A DNA stretch of 64,000 nucleotides from contig JAXLUM010000002.1 in NCBI GenBank assembly GCA_046329515.1, positions 1,039,113-1,103,112 of the forward strand. Direction: 5' to 3'. The notes under the pieces were generated by a model. That model saw only the letters and a program-made list of their open reading frames with translations, ran no database searches and was not told where the DNA came from. Below are positions 46,064 to 55,911 of the stretch, piece after piece. The first letter of the stretch is position 1, and every line of letters starts with the position of its first letter. Made by a program: the position numbers and the translations under genes. Source of the stretch: Chitinophagales bacterium (GTDB taxonomy: Bacteria > Bacteroidota > Bacteroidia > Chitinophagales > LD1).

Positions 46064-47056
46064 ATGAGAAACATTCTTTACTATCCATACATCAACATAC
46101 CCCGCACCGAATGGGCATTACGCACTCTGCTGTATTATGATAATATTGGCGCAATAGTCCCGCAAGAATACTTCTATAATCAAGAAGAACATTATGAACC
46201 CTTTATGCTTGAACTGGTTCGTAACCGACTTGTCACGCCAATTAATCCGATCGAGATATTGGAAAATCCTTGGCAAGTCACAAGACCTTTTATCCAAATG
46301 ATTGAAAGCAACGCCGAAAGGTTGAGACAATATCGGTCTGGTTTCCAACGTAGTAACAAGTGGGACGTTCATGGCGATAAATTTGCAGGCGCCAAAATTC
46401 ATGCTGATAAATTTGATGAAAATGTTTTTTACGGATTAATAGAATTAGGACTAGCGGAAAGAGGGTCTGGGGGTTGGTATACTGTTGAGAAAAGAACAGC
46501 AAGTAATTTAATGAAATTCCTTGCAAGCGTCATTAGTATTAAAACCAACAGGCTTCCTACTACAGACTACGTAAGGCCGTTTTACAATCGTTCCTCTTTT
46601 CATAGTCCGAACTATAAAAGAGAAACAATTCTTACACATCTTATTCCTTTTCCAGAAGATATAGACCTGAACAAGCTTACGCGATTTAAAGAGCAACATT
46701 CAAATCTTCTATCAGCCTTTCAAACAAGAATCGAGTTAATTGCGCTTGACCCAAATATAATTGAGGGCACACCGTTGTTTCAACAACATCTATTGGAATT
46801 AACCCAAAGGAAAGAAGAGCTTGTAGCTAAAATGAATGAAAGTAGATTCAGTCGAATTTTGTTTGGCACGGTTTGCGGATTGATTGGAGCTGGTGTTGGT
46901 GTCGCAATCACTACAACACCAGCTGCCTTTATTGCTGCTTTGCCGGGTTTCGCAAATGCTGTGTATTCAGCACTACAAATCGAACGAGCAGAGGCTGTTT
47001 TTGATCAAAGTGGATTAAAGTATCTAGCCTTGGCAGATAAAAGATTGAGGCGATGA
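46064..47056 (+). CDS. Hypothetical protein with C-terminal glycine-zipper-like hydrophobic segment
   Basis: ORF in an AT-rich islet. N-terminus is ILYYPYINIPRTEW. The C-terminal ILFGTVCGLIGAGVGVAITTTPAAFIAALPGF is hydrophobic and rich in small residues. I recognised no family. Confidence 0.5.
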   Translation: MRNILYYPYINIPRTEWALRTLLYYDNIGAIVPQEYFYNQEEHYEPFMLELVRNRLVTPINPIEILENPWQVTRPFIQMIESNAERLRQYRSGFQRSNKWDVHGDKFAGAKIHADKFDENVFYGLIELGLAERGSGGWYTVEKRTASNLMKFLASVISIKTNRLPTTDYVRPFYNRSSFHSPNYKRETILTHLIPFPEDIDLNKLTRFKEQHSNLLSAFQTRIELIALDPNIIEGTPLFQQHLLELTQRKEELVAKMNESRFSRILFGTVCGLIGAGVGVAITTTPAAFIAALPGFANAVYSALQIERAEAVFDQSGLKYLALADKRLRR

Positions 47057-47264
47057 AATTGTAAGTTATTACTTTTGTTTATTCGAAGTGTTCCGTGAAG
47101 CACCCTTTATCCGGAGGGGCGCCAAAAGAGGCCATTAGATAGCAACTTTTGAGTTGTTCGATTTAAACAATCTCTGAGAAACTTATTAAGTGTGTAAAGT
47201 AGTAAGAACTGGTATCTAAATCTATTTTACCGAAAAATATACAACATAAAAACAATATTTATAA

Positions 47265-48740
47265 ATGAATGCATTAGCCTTAATTGTTGGGAACGCCGAA
47301 TATGCACTAGCAAAAAACAAGCTAATCAATGCGGTCAATGATGCGGAAGATTTTGGTAAAAAATTACTGAGTCTTGGATTTATTGTAAAAACGGTGACTA
47401 ATACGACCGTGGAGGAATTTGATAGAGCGATTCATGATTTTGGTGAAGAGCTAAAAAAATTTGACGTTGGCCTATTCTACTTTTCGGGTCATGGCCTGCA
47501 AATTGATGGCAAAAATTTCTTAACAGCAATAAACTCAAACTTTACTGATGCCATCTCTGCAAAACACACATCTATACCGTTGGACGAGATTATTGATTAC
47601 ATGCAAAAGGCAAATCCGATTATTAAAATAATCATTCTTGACGCCTGTAGGGACAACCCCTTGCCTAATCAATATAGAAGCACGCAAATACAGGGATTGG
47701 CTCCAATTCACGCACCGAAGGGCACTATTATTGCCTTCTCAACTTCTCCTGGTGAAAAAGCACTTGATTACGGGTCTGGAAGAAATAGTATTTACACTGG
47801 ATCTTTGCTTAATCACATTGACGACACAAATATACCAATTGAAGATTTTTTTAAACGCGTTAGAACGTCTGTTTTTGCTATGTCGAATGGCAAGCAAACA
47901 AGTTGGGAGCACACTTCACTAATTGGAGATTTTTACTTTAACTCAGGTCAGCTTATACACTCTATAGATTTACCTTATAGCCATGAATATGTAGCAGATC
48001 AAAAGTTTCAATCATCTGGTAGTGATATACATACCGTTATTCAGAATTTAAAATCGCATAACTATTATGAGCAAAAAGCCGGCATAGAAAAATTGAAAAA
48101 TATTGATCCTAATAACGTAGATGATAATTCGTTGTTTTTACTCGGCCGAAACATTCTTCAATCAGCTATCGGAGGGGAGTTTTCGGCAAATGCTATTATC
48201 AAACGATTAGATACTTGGCTACAGCGTTACTCTATCGGGGGAGTTAATCATGTTTTAAATGGGATTCTTTACGAAATCTATTTTAACTCCAAAGGACAGT
48301 TTCGGCAATCAGATTTTAAAAGTCAATTAATTGATGAAATTTTTAAACTTCAAACCGATAATAGGTATACGTCTTCCTTTGCCTTTATCCAAAAGCAATT
48401 AGAACCATTTAAGGATTTACTTTTCTATATACCGTCTAATCCTCCAACAGCATTACCAATTGAAGTAACCTTTGAGTGTTTGGAAATAGTAGATTGGGAG
48501 GATGAAAAGCAGACTATTCATCAATTGAGATCTATAAAATATAAGGGAAACGATTTGATTAAAACAGAAGGTGATGATAGGTTAGGAAATATTACCTTAG
48601 ACATGAAGGAGTTTGAAGATAAAATTTGTAATGCATTAATTGTTCCTAATAATATGTTACGGTTAACAATAAATGCCGACCTCAAAGACATTAAAACGAT
48701 ATCATTGCCTTGGAGGCTAAAGTTGTCAAGGCAAAAGTAG
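47265..48740 (+). CDS. Caspase-family (peptidase C14) protease with unknown C-terminal domain of about 250 aa
   Basis: Catalytic dyad contexts FYFSGHG (His76, nt 47490-92) and IIILDACRDNP (Cys128, nt 47646-48). Confidence 0.8.
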   Translation: MNALALIVGNAEYALAKNKLINAVNDAEDFGKKLLSLGFIVKTVTNTTVEEFDRAIHDFGEELKKFDVGLFYFSGHGLQIDGKNFLTAINSNFTDAISAKHTSIPLDEIIDYMQKANPIIKIIILDACRDNPLPNQYRSTQIQGLAPIHAPKGTIIAFSTSPGEKALDYGSGRNSIYTGSLLNHIDDTNIPIEDFFKRVRTSVFAMSNGKQTSWEHTSLIGDFYFNSGQLIHSIDLPYSHEYVADQKFQSSGSDIHTVIQNLKSHNYYEQKAGIEKLKNIDPNNVDDNSLFLLGRNILQSAIGGEFSANAIIKRLDTWLQRYSIGGVNHVLNGILYEIYFNSKGQFRQSDFKSQLIDEIFKLQTDNRYTSSFAFIQKQLEPFKDLLFYIPSNPPTALPIEVTFECLEIVDWEDEKQTIHQLRSIKYKGNDLIKTEGDDRLGNITLDMKEFEDKICNALIVPNNMLRLTINADLKDIKTISLPWRLKLSRQK

Positions 48741-48907
48741 TAACCTCCTTGGCGCGCGCCTCCGCTCGTGCCCAATAATAATTTTCCACTCCTCACACCG
48801 CTCCTCTGCGGAAAACCTGCCACAGAGTTCTTCCTTCTTTAACAATGCGATAACATAATCTATAAGGTTCGCTTTTTGCTGCCTGCCATTGTGGTAAACT
48901 ATGAGTT

Positions 48908-49588
48908 ATGGCAGCAGATAAAATGTTAACAGATACGAAGAAGAGAAGAAAATACAGCAGAAATAAATTTCTGCGCTTCTTTCCCAAAGGCTATGCAGAT
49001 AACAAATACCTGCAATGGGAAAGAAACTACAAATGGAATGCGCACATGCTGTGGGAAGAACAACTGAATGGAGATACCTATAAAGAGTTGTTACAAAAGC
49101 ACCGCTACAGCGAAATTTGCAAACGCGCGGTTAATATAGAATCCAAAACAAACCTGCTTTTCTCTTTCGAAAAAATGGCCCTTCGCGATGCCGTAAAAAC
49201 ACCGGCAGCGGCAAAGGCATTCGCCATTGGCTTATACAACTACATATACGGCCAGGATGACTTTAAAACGCGCTTCGAAAACTTTGTTGAAGTAATAGCG
49301 CACCTGCCGCGCAAGCAAACGCGCGTGCTAACCTGGCCACTGCTTACCGTGTTTGGCTTTATCGCCAACCCTAAAGAGAATATCTTCCTTAAACCAAAGG
49401 TTACGCAATTAGCTGCGCGCAACTTTGGCTACGATTTTCATTACACCTCTAAACCCAACTGGGACACCTACAAAAGCCTGCTGGACTTTGCTAAAGAAGC
49501 AAAGAAGGAAACAAAGGACTTAAAGCCCAAGGATATGATGGACCTGCAATCCTTCATTTGGGTGTTGGGCTCCGATGAGTATTTGTAG
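48908..49588 (+). CDS. Hypothetical protein
   Basis: 226-aa ORF with host-like GC content. No motif recognised. Confidence 0.4.
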   Translation: MAADKMLTDTKKRRKYSRNKFLRFFPKGYADNKYLQWERNYKWNAHMLWEEQLNGDTYKELLQKHRYSEICKRAVNIESKTNLLFSFEKMALRDAVKTPAAAKAFAIGLYNYIYGQDDFKTRFENFVEVIAHLPRKQTRVLTWPLLTVFGFIANPKENIFLKPKVTQLAARNFGYDFHYTSKPNWDTYKSLLDFAKEAKKETKDLKPKDMMDLQSFIWVLGSDEYL

Positions 49589-49691
49589 GGCCTAATTTCT
49601 TTCGGTTAAACGGATTGCCACTCGCTTTGTGATTAGTTCCAATGCCCCTACAAATAAATCCCTTTTCGTACATTTGGTAAAACTGCCATAC

Positions 49692-50159
49692 ATGAGGGCT
49701 CTTCCACTTTTAATAGCAAGCTTGCTGATTATTTTAAGCGGTTGTCAAACGCACGCTGCTAACAATAGCGTGGCCGATGCTTATACCCGCGCCATTACCG
49801 ACTTTATAAAGGCGGCCAATGAAAAAAACAAGACGGCTTTCGATACCCTCTACATTATAAAGCGCCATAACGGCCAGCCCGATGATTTCCCTGATATTGA
49901 ATTGCCCCAAACAATTGCCAATACCCACATAGTGCTGCTTGGTGCTGCACAGGCAGAGAAGGAAGCCAAAGAATTTAAAACCCGCGTTTACATTAACCTT
50001 ATGGGCTGGGTAGAGAAGGAAACAGCGGAATTCATTTTCGTGGTGTTCTCTAACGGCTTCGCCCACCAGTACGACTATAACATTAACTATACGGTTAATG
50101 TTTCCTCAAAGCAACTGGAGCTTAGTAAGCTGGAGTTCAAAGGTCCGCCTTTTCATTAA
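49692..50159 (+). CDS. Hypothetical lipoprotein
   Basis: MRALPLLIASLLIILSGC lipobox from the ATG at 49692. The track start at 49629 is a GTG. Confidence 0.5.
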   Translation: MRALPLLIASLLIILSGCQTHAANNSVADAYTRAITDFIKAANEKNKTAFDTLYIIKRHNGQPDDFPDIELPQTIANTHIVLLGAAQAEKEAKEFKTRVYINLMGWVEKETAEFIFVVFSNGFAHQYDYNINYTVNVSSKQLELSKLEFKGPPFH

Positions 50160-50198
50160 AGGCTATCTTATATGCTCGCTATGGTGTAAGTTTGTTCC

Positions 50199-51917
50199 AT
50201 GCGCAGCTTGTTTTTCTTTCTTTTCATCCTAACACTTTCAGCCTGCCGTCATCAGAACGATGCACAACAAGATGAGCATAAACCTGTGCGGGCAATTACT
50301 TCTTATTTCGATACAAAGTTCTTTCTATATCAATTACCCGACACATTTTATAACGGCAAAAAAACGGAGCAAACCTTTAACGGTTTAACTGATTCCATTC
50401 TATGGAATAATGCAGTGAAAATTAAGTTAGAGCCGCTGGGCCACCCTGCTAAGCTGCATCTGCAATACACGCACATTTATAGTAACAACTGTGTTTACAC
50501 TAAAGATAGTAAATGGAAATACGCTGAAATTTGTTTCCCTAATAGTTGTTTAACAAAGGATACCCTATATGCTTTGGCGCATGTAACTAACAACGCTAAT
50601 ACCGCACAAAATTTTACCCTCCGCCTGTTCTATCAAAACACTTCGTATTGGTATTCTACGGCTGATACTGCAGTTAACCCGCAGAAACAACTGGATAACT
50701 TCTACGGCTGCTCACGGGTTTATGAAGTGAAGCTCAACCCCGGCGAAAACAAAATCATTAAGCTGCCTTACAGTATTGGCCTAGACCCTAAGCACGAAAA
50801 CGAAGCCGAACCCTATAAAGTACCTGCCCGCGCCGGCAATTACGAATTTGCTTTACTGTGCGACCGGCGGAAAGGCAATTCCCTGCTTGCTGACGATTTG
50901 AACCTTAAAGAGGTAAATCCTTTTGCTGTAATGAAACTAGATGAGGGAGAGTTAACTGGCCGGTTGGCTTATGTTGGTCCGCAGCATTTCAAGTTTGTTG
51001 TTCACGAGGAATTTTTTGACGGCACAAACGATTTACAATTGGAGCATGTTTATCTTACTAAAAACGATGTTCAGAAAAAGCTTTGCGATACCTGCACCGG
51101 CTGGCACAGAAAAATAATTGATGAAGATTGGGTGGCCGATGATTTCTTTAACGGACGCATTCATAAAAGCGGCTTTGTACTAACTGACTATGGAAACCGC
51201 AGCAGCAATGTACATATTGATTCTGCCGGGGTAACGCTTACCGTGCCTGCCAGTACGGAAGAGCATTATCAAAAAACCTGGGGCGAAATGGTGTTCGGCC
51301 CGTCTTTTAAATACGGCCATGTAACCGTACGCGCAAAGTTTGCTGATATGTTTAACCGCAAAGGCGTATCAAACGGCTTAATTCATAACCTGTGGTTATA
51401 TGAAACTGACCCTCCTGAAAAACCAACAGGCCCCTATAAGCATCTAACCAATCCAAACGGTCAGCAGCCTTTTGAAATTGATATGGAGTTTTGGCCCGCC
51501 AACAATACAGAAGGAATATGGGACGATCAGTTTTATATTAACTGCTCTATAATAGATTACATGCGCGATGAAAATGTGATTATGAAACCGGGCATGCGTA
51601 AAATAATTGATGGGGAGGATATAGACCGTGTAAATAATCCTTGGCAACTACTCATTATTCCGCATCAATACCCGCGCAGTTTCTTTAGTAACTTTCACAC
51701 CTACGAAATTTTTTGGACACCGGAACAGGTAGAATATTTTGTAGATGGCAAAAGGCTTTCGCACATCTCTAAGGAGTGGGCAAAAATTCCTGATAGCAAT
51801 ATGTTTTTGTGGATTGGCACGCCAATTTACCAGGAGGGCAACTACTATACGGTTTCTTACCTGCCTTTCTTCGATACACCGAAGTATAGCTATATAGATT
51901 ACATTAAAATAGAATAA
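50199..51917 (+). CDS. Lipoprotein with C-terminal glycoside hydrolase family 16 domain
   Basis: LTLSAC lipobox. GH16 catalytic motif EIDMEF (ExDxE) within a beta-jelly-roll-like C-terminal half. The N-terminal 350 aa are unassigned. Confidence 0.65.
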   Translation: MRSLFFFLFILTLSACRHQNDAQQDEHKPVRAITSYFDTKFFLYQLPDTFYNGKKTEQTFNGLTDSILWNNAVKIKLEPLGHPAKLHLQYTHIYSNNCVYTKDSKWKYAEICFPNSCLTKDTLYALAHVTNNANTAQNFTLRLFYQNTSYWYSTADTAVNPQKQLDNFYGCSRVYEVKLNPGENKIIKLPYSIGLDPKHENEAEPYKVPARAGNYEFALLCDRRKGNSLLADDLNLKEVNPFAVMKLDEGELTGRLAYVGPQHFKFVVHEEFFDGTNDLQLEHVYLTKNDVQKKLCDTCTGWHRKIIDEDWVADDFFNGRIHKSGFVLTDYGNRSSNVHIDSAGVTLTVPASTEEHYQKTWGEMVFGPSFKYGHVTVRAKFADMFNRKGVSNGLIHNLWLYETDPPEKPTGPYKHLTNPNGQQPFEIDMEFWPANNTEGIWDDQFYINCSIIDYMRDENVIMKPGMRKIIDGEDIDRVNNPWQLLIIPHQYPRSFFSNFHTYEIFWTPEQVEYFVDGKRLSHISKEWAKIPDSNMFLWIGTPIYQEGNYYTVSYLPFFDTPKYSYIDYIKIE

Positions 51918-52023
51918 TGTTCGGGCAATTTTATTTTAACGGAACGTGAACGCCCTGGTTTTGCTTGGGGTAATTAATTAGCGTATCTTTAATAAGTATC
52001 ACGGGCTGGTATCCATATAGGCT

Positions 52024-52584
52024 ATGTTGCGCACTGCTTTACTTCTGCTTTTTTTAATTAAGGCTTGCCTTTTAACCGCGCAAACATCAATTGATACGGC
52101 AGCCATTAAACAACAGTTAGCCATTATCCGCGACCGCGACCAGAAAACACGCACCGGCCGCGATTCTGTTGCTTTCAGAGATTACATAGATAGCACTAAC
52201 CTTGTGCAAATAGAGGAATTGATAAGTAGGTATGGTTGGCTGAATAGAAGTTTTGTGGGCCCTGAAGGTAACATCACCTGCTTCATGGTCATTCAGCATT
52301 CTGATAGCGCTACACAGGAAAAATATTTCCCCTTGTTGTTGCAATCGGTTCAACAGGGCGAATCCAGCCCCTCCAATCTGGCCTTGCTTACTGATAGAAT
52401 TTTGCTGCATCAGGGTAAAAAGCAAATGTTCGGCTCGCAGGTGGTTCCCGATAAAAACGGTAACAATGTGTTTTACCCTATAGATGACGAGAAGAATGTA
52501 AACACACGCCGCGCCAATTTTGGTATGCAGCCCATTGAAGATTATGCTAAACTGTTTGGCATTAATTATATACCGCCCGAATAG
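52024..52584 (+). CDS. Hypothetical secreted protein
   Basis: Signal peptide MLRTALLLLFLIKACLLTAQ. No motif recognised. Confidence 0.4.
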   Translation: MLRTALLLLFLIKACLLTAQTSIDTAAIKQQLAIIRDRDQKTRTGRDSVAFRDYIDSTNLVQIEELISRYGWLNRSFVGPEGNITCFMVIQHSDSATQEKYFPLLLQSVQQGESSPSNLALLTDRILLHQGKKQMFGSQVVPDKNGNNVFYPIDDEKNVNTRRANFGMQPIEDYAKLFGINYIPPE

Positions 52585-52616
52585 CGGCATTTGGCCTGTA
52601 TTACTATCTTGCCTTT

Positions 52617-53207
52617 ATGAAGAAAGGACGCTTAGAGGCTTTTAGTGATGGAGTGATAGCTATCATTATTACTATTATGGTGTTGGAAATAAAAGTGCCG
52701 CATGGTACCGAATTTTCTGACCTCTTCGGTTTAGTACCCATATTTCTTAGCTATGTACTTAGCTTTATTTACCTGGGTATTTACTGGAATAATCACCACC
52801 ACATGATGCATACCGTTAACCGTGTTACCGGCGATGTACTATGGGCTAACCTGCATCTGTTGTTCTGGCTATCGCTGGTGCCTTTTGCTACGGGCTGGGT
52901 TGGCGAAAACCATTTTGCCGCTGCACCTATGGCCTTGTACGGTGTAGTCTTACTAATGTCTGCTATGGCCTACTACATTTTGCAACTGCGCATAATTAAA
53001 AACGATGGAGGACCTCAGTCCATTTTAGCAAAAGCCATTGGTTCCGATTTAAAGGGCAAGGGCTCTCTGGTAATTTATATAGCAGCCATTACTGCCTGTT
53101 GGTTTAGTGTTTGGATAGCAGGGGCGCTGTATATCCTGGTAGCATTTATTTGGCTTATACCCGACAAACGCATTGAGCGTATTGCCGATGAACTGGAAAA
53201 AGAGTAA
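52617..53207 (+). CDS. TMEM175-family potassium channel (DUF1211)
   Basis: RLEAFSDGVIAIIITIMVLE signature helix and six TM helices. Confidence 0.75.
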   Translation: MKKGRLEAFSDGVIAIIITIMVLEIKVPHGTEFSDLFGLVPIFLSYVLSFIYLGIYWNNHHHMMHTVNRVTGDVLWANLHLLFWLSLVPFATGWVGENHFAAAPMALYGVVLLMSAMAYYILQLRIIKNDGGPQSILAKAIGSDLKGKGSLVIYIAAITACWFSVWIAGALYILVAFIWLIPDKRIERIADELEKE

Positions 53208-53228
53208 AGGAACATTACCTTTGAGATA

Positions 53229-54326
53229 GTGAAATTCTCTGTCGCCTTTTTCATTGCCCTCTCCCTCTTGTTTTTCACCTCCTGCAAAACCACATCCGTT
53301 GGTTATAGGTTACTGCATTACGGCGATTCAGATATTAATGATTTTAAGCGCTTCCCCGCACACTCACTAACAGCATCCACCAAACCGCAGGCGATTAAAA
53401 CGGATACCGGTGTTTTTACTTATAACAAGGCAGAGTTGCATAATTTCCTTGGCAAGAAAAACACACTTGCCTTTTTAGTAATGCAAGGCAACACCATAGT
53501 ACACGAAGACTATTTCGATGGATATACTTCTAAAGATTTAATACAGGCCTTCTCTGTTACAAAATCTGTTACCAATCTGCTTACCGGCTGCGCCATTGAC
53601 GATAAGCTGATTAGCAGTGAAAACGATTTTGTAGTAAAATATATACCGGAACTTAAGGGCCGAGGTTTTGATAGTATACCAATTTTGCAATTACTACAAA
53701 TGACGGCCCCGCTTAAATACATAGAGAACGGAAACCCCTTTGGCCGCCATGCGCGTTTTTATTACACAGCCCACATTGAAGATGAAGTGTTAAAGTTAAA
53801 AGCCCGCCCTAATGGCAAAAGGAAATTTGTTTACCGTTCCGGCGACTTGCAACTTCTGGGACTCATTTTAAAACGGGCACTAAACGGCAAGTCGTTAAGC
53901 CAATACTTGCAGGAAAAAGTTCGGGAGCCACTTGGAATGGAAAGCCCCGCATTGTGGACAGCTGATAATGATTCAACAGGACTTGAAAAAACGTTTTGCT
54001 GCCTTGCCACAACCGTGCGCGACTTAGCCAAAATAGGCAGGCTTTACCTTAATAATGGCCAGTGGAACGGCAAACAAATTGTTTCAGAAAACTGGATAAG
54101 GAAAACCCTGCAGCCTTTGCAGAATAAAAATGCAGACATGGTATACAACTACAACTGGTGGTTGTATCCTAAACGCAATGCCTTTGTGGCTATAGGTAAA
54201 GATGGCCAATTCATTTATGTGCGCCCCGATAAGGACCTTGTAATTGTGCGGATGGGCAAAAACATAGGTCACATTAACCGCTATAAGTGGTTTGATTTGT
54301 TTGACAATATCGCTTCTAAATTTTAG
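53229..54326 (+). CDS. Serine hydrolase (beta-lactamase/PBP4-like family), lipoprotein
   Basis: SxxK motif FSVTKSV, a YRSG region, and an FFTSC lipobox. GTG start. Confidence 0.65.
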   Translation: MKFSVAFFIALSLLFFTSCKTTSVGYRLLHYGDSDINDFKRFPAHSLTASTKPQAIKTDTGVFTYNKAELHNFLGKKNTLAFLVMQGNTIVHEDYFDGYTSKDLIQAFSVTKSVTNLLTGCAIDDKLISSENDFVVKYIPELKGRGFDSIPILQLLQMTAPLKYIENGNPFGRHARFYYTAHIEDEVLKLKARPNGKRKFVYRSGDLQLLGLILKRALNGKSLSQYLQEKVREPLGMESPALWTADNDSTGLEKTFCCLATTVRDLAKIGRLYLNNGQWNGKQIVSENWIRKTLQPLQNKNADMVYNYNWWLYPKRNAFVAIGKDGQFIYVRPDKDLVIVRMGKNIGHINRYKWFDLFDNIASKF

Positions 54327-54328
54327 CA

Positions 54329-54700
54329 ATGACACCTGAAGAGTTCATTGAACGATACAAAACGGCATTAGCTACGCAACAATGGCAGCAAGTAGCGCCT
54401 TTAATATGTAGTGATGCCTGTGTCACATTTTCTACCGGGGCAGTTCATAAAGGCATAGCCGCTATTGAGCAGGCTTACAGGCATAATTTCTCTGTCATAA
54501 AAAATGAGGAGTATAAAGTTTCAGATGTTGAATGGCTGCATAAGGAAGTTGATATTGCTGTATACGTTTTCCTGTTTGAGTGGAAGGGCTTAATTGGCGG
54601 CAAGCCTGCTTCAGGCGCCGGAAGGGGAACTTGTGTTATAAGAAAAGAAGCCGATGGATGGAAGTTATTGGCAGAGCATTTAGGGCCGGCCCAAAATTAA
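54329..54700 (+). CDS. NTF2-like (SnoaL/DUF4440) protein
   Basis: 123 aa with the GRGTCVIRKEADGWKLLAEHL C-terminal beta-sheet pattern typical of this family. Confidence 0.5.
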   Translation: MTPEEFIERYKTALATQQWQQVAPLICSDACVTFSTGAVHKGIAAIEQAYRHNFSVIKNEEYKVSDVEWLHKEVDIAVYVFLFEWKGLIGGKPASGAGRGTCVIRKEADGWKLLAEHLGPAQN

Positions 54701-54715
54701 GTTCATCTTTATACT

Positions 54716-55249
54716 ATGCTGCCAACACTTACTACTGAACACCTTATTCTTCGCCCTCTTCATGAAAGCGATGACGCACTATTGTTTGAATTGCGCGGTA
54801 ATCCCGTAATGTCAGAATATATTAACCGTAAGGTGTACGAAAGCATAGAAGAAGTTCGCACATGGCGAGAGCGAATAATGGTAAGTATTAACGGTGAAAC
54901 GGTTTACTACTGGGCTATTACCCTGAAAGATAAAGATGCTTTAATTGGTACGGCCCTTGTGTTTAATATTTCACAAGAGAATCAGCGCGCTGAAATCGGA
55001 TACGAAATGCTGCCTCCTTTTCAGGGTAAAGGCCTAACAGCTGAAGCGGTAAAGGCTGTTGCAGATTTTTGTTTTAATACACTTAACCTCCATTCGCTTG
55101 AAGCTGTAGTAGTTCCTGAAAACGTTGCCTCCATTAAACTGTTGGAGCGAAATGGTTTTGTGCGTGAAGGCCTTTTTAAGGAAAAAGAATTTTGCAAGGG
55201 CAAATTCTGCGACCTTGCCTACTATTCCAAACTCAATCCACAACACTAA
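54716..55249 (+). CDS. GNAT-family N-acetyltransferase (RimJ/RimL-like)
   Basis: LILRPLHESD opening and the acetyl-CoA motif QGKGLTAEAVKAV. Confidence 0.75.
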   Translation: MLPTLTTEHLILRPLHESDDALLFELRGNPVMSEYINRKVYESIEEVRTWRERIMVSINGETVYYWAITLKDKDALIGTALVFNISQENQRAEIGYEMLPPFQGKGLTAEAVKAVADFCFNTLNLHSLEAVVVPENVASIKLLERNGFVREGLFKEKEFCKGKFCDLAYYSKLNPQH

Positions 55250-55252
55250 TGG

Positions 55253-55801
55253 CTACGATTGCCTGGGCGATATCAGCCTGCGGTTTCCGCCTTTGCGGTT
55301 AACCAGGTTTTTCATGCGTTGCTGTTCCTGCTGGTAAGCTATCTGTTGGTTATGCTGAAAGGTTTTTTCCACCTGCTTACTTGCTTCTTTACTTATCTCA
55401 TGTTGTTCTCCTTTAGCAGGTATTAAGTGCTGGTCCTGGTGGGCATCTAACTTAGTTAATAGCTCCTCGCCCTTAGGCCCCCTTTTCAGTAATGGCAATC
55501 GTTTTACTTTTTTCTTAACTGCCTGCACCGCTTTTTTAACGGGTTTTTCCAAAGCCTTTGTTTTTGAGGCAATGGCCTTTTTAACCGGTTCTGCTAATTT
55601 TTTAGCTTTTGATACCACCACCTTTTTTACAGCAGCGCCCTTGGCTTTTATCGGGCTGTTGCTTTTAGTAATAACTTTTCCCTTCTGTTGTTTAGTAGCC
55701 GCTTTACCTACCGGCTTGCCCTTGGCACCCGTGCTTTTGGCAACGGCTTTTTTGGCGGGTTGCTTTGCAGCAGCTTTCTTGCTCTTCTTAAATAGTGCCA
55801 T
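55253..55801 (-). CDS. Lys/Ala-rich histone H1-like protein
   Basis: From the ATG at 55801: MALFKKSKKAAAKQPAKKAVAK... with repeated (A/P)KKA and PVKKA units and a Gln-rich C-terminus. Confidence 0.6.
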   Translation of the reverse strand: MALFKKSKKAAAKQPAKKAVAKSTGAKGKPVGKAATKQQKGKVITKSNSPIKAKGAAVKKVVVSKAKKLAEPVKKAIASKTKALEKPVKKAVQAVKKKVKRLPLLKRGPKGEELLTKLDAHQDQHLIPAKGEQHEISKEASKQVEKTFQHNQQIAYQQEQQRMKNLVNRKGGNRRLISPRQS

Positions 55802-55911
55802 ATACAATTCTTTATTATAGAAACGTTGCAGTCGGCCACTTAGTATTATTAACCAAAAACAGCAAGGCCGCACTTTGCAGGCGGCCTTGCGTAATTTAAA
55901 CCTTGCTTTAT

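Noticed and set aside
45805-48907. Classical integrative island with attL/attR at tRNA-Asn
   Set aside because: There is no integrase or recombinase ORF. I could not find a convincing direct repeat of the tRNA 3' end (GGTTCGAGCCCAGGTCGGGGAGC) downstream. Only short partial matches exist, such as GGTTCTCGACGCC near 45890 and GGTTCG near 48868. I therefore report it only as an AT-rich islet, possibly an old or decayed insertion.
48521-48987. Minus-strand ORFs of 100 aa and 64 aa between the caspase gene and the next gene
   Set aside because: One overlaps the 3' end of the caspase gene in antisense. Both have low-complexity, motif-free translations and no ribosome-binding or promoter context, so they are likely spurious.
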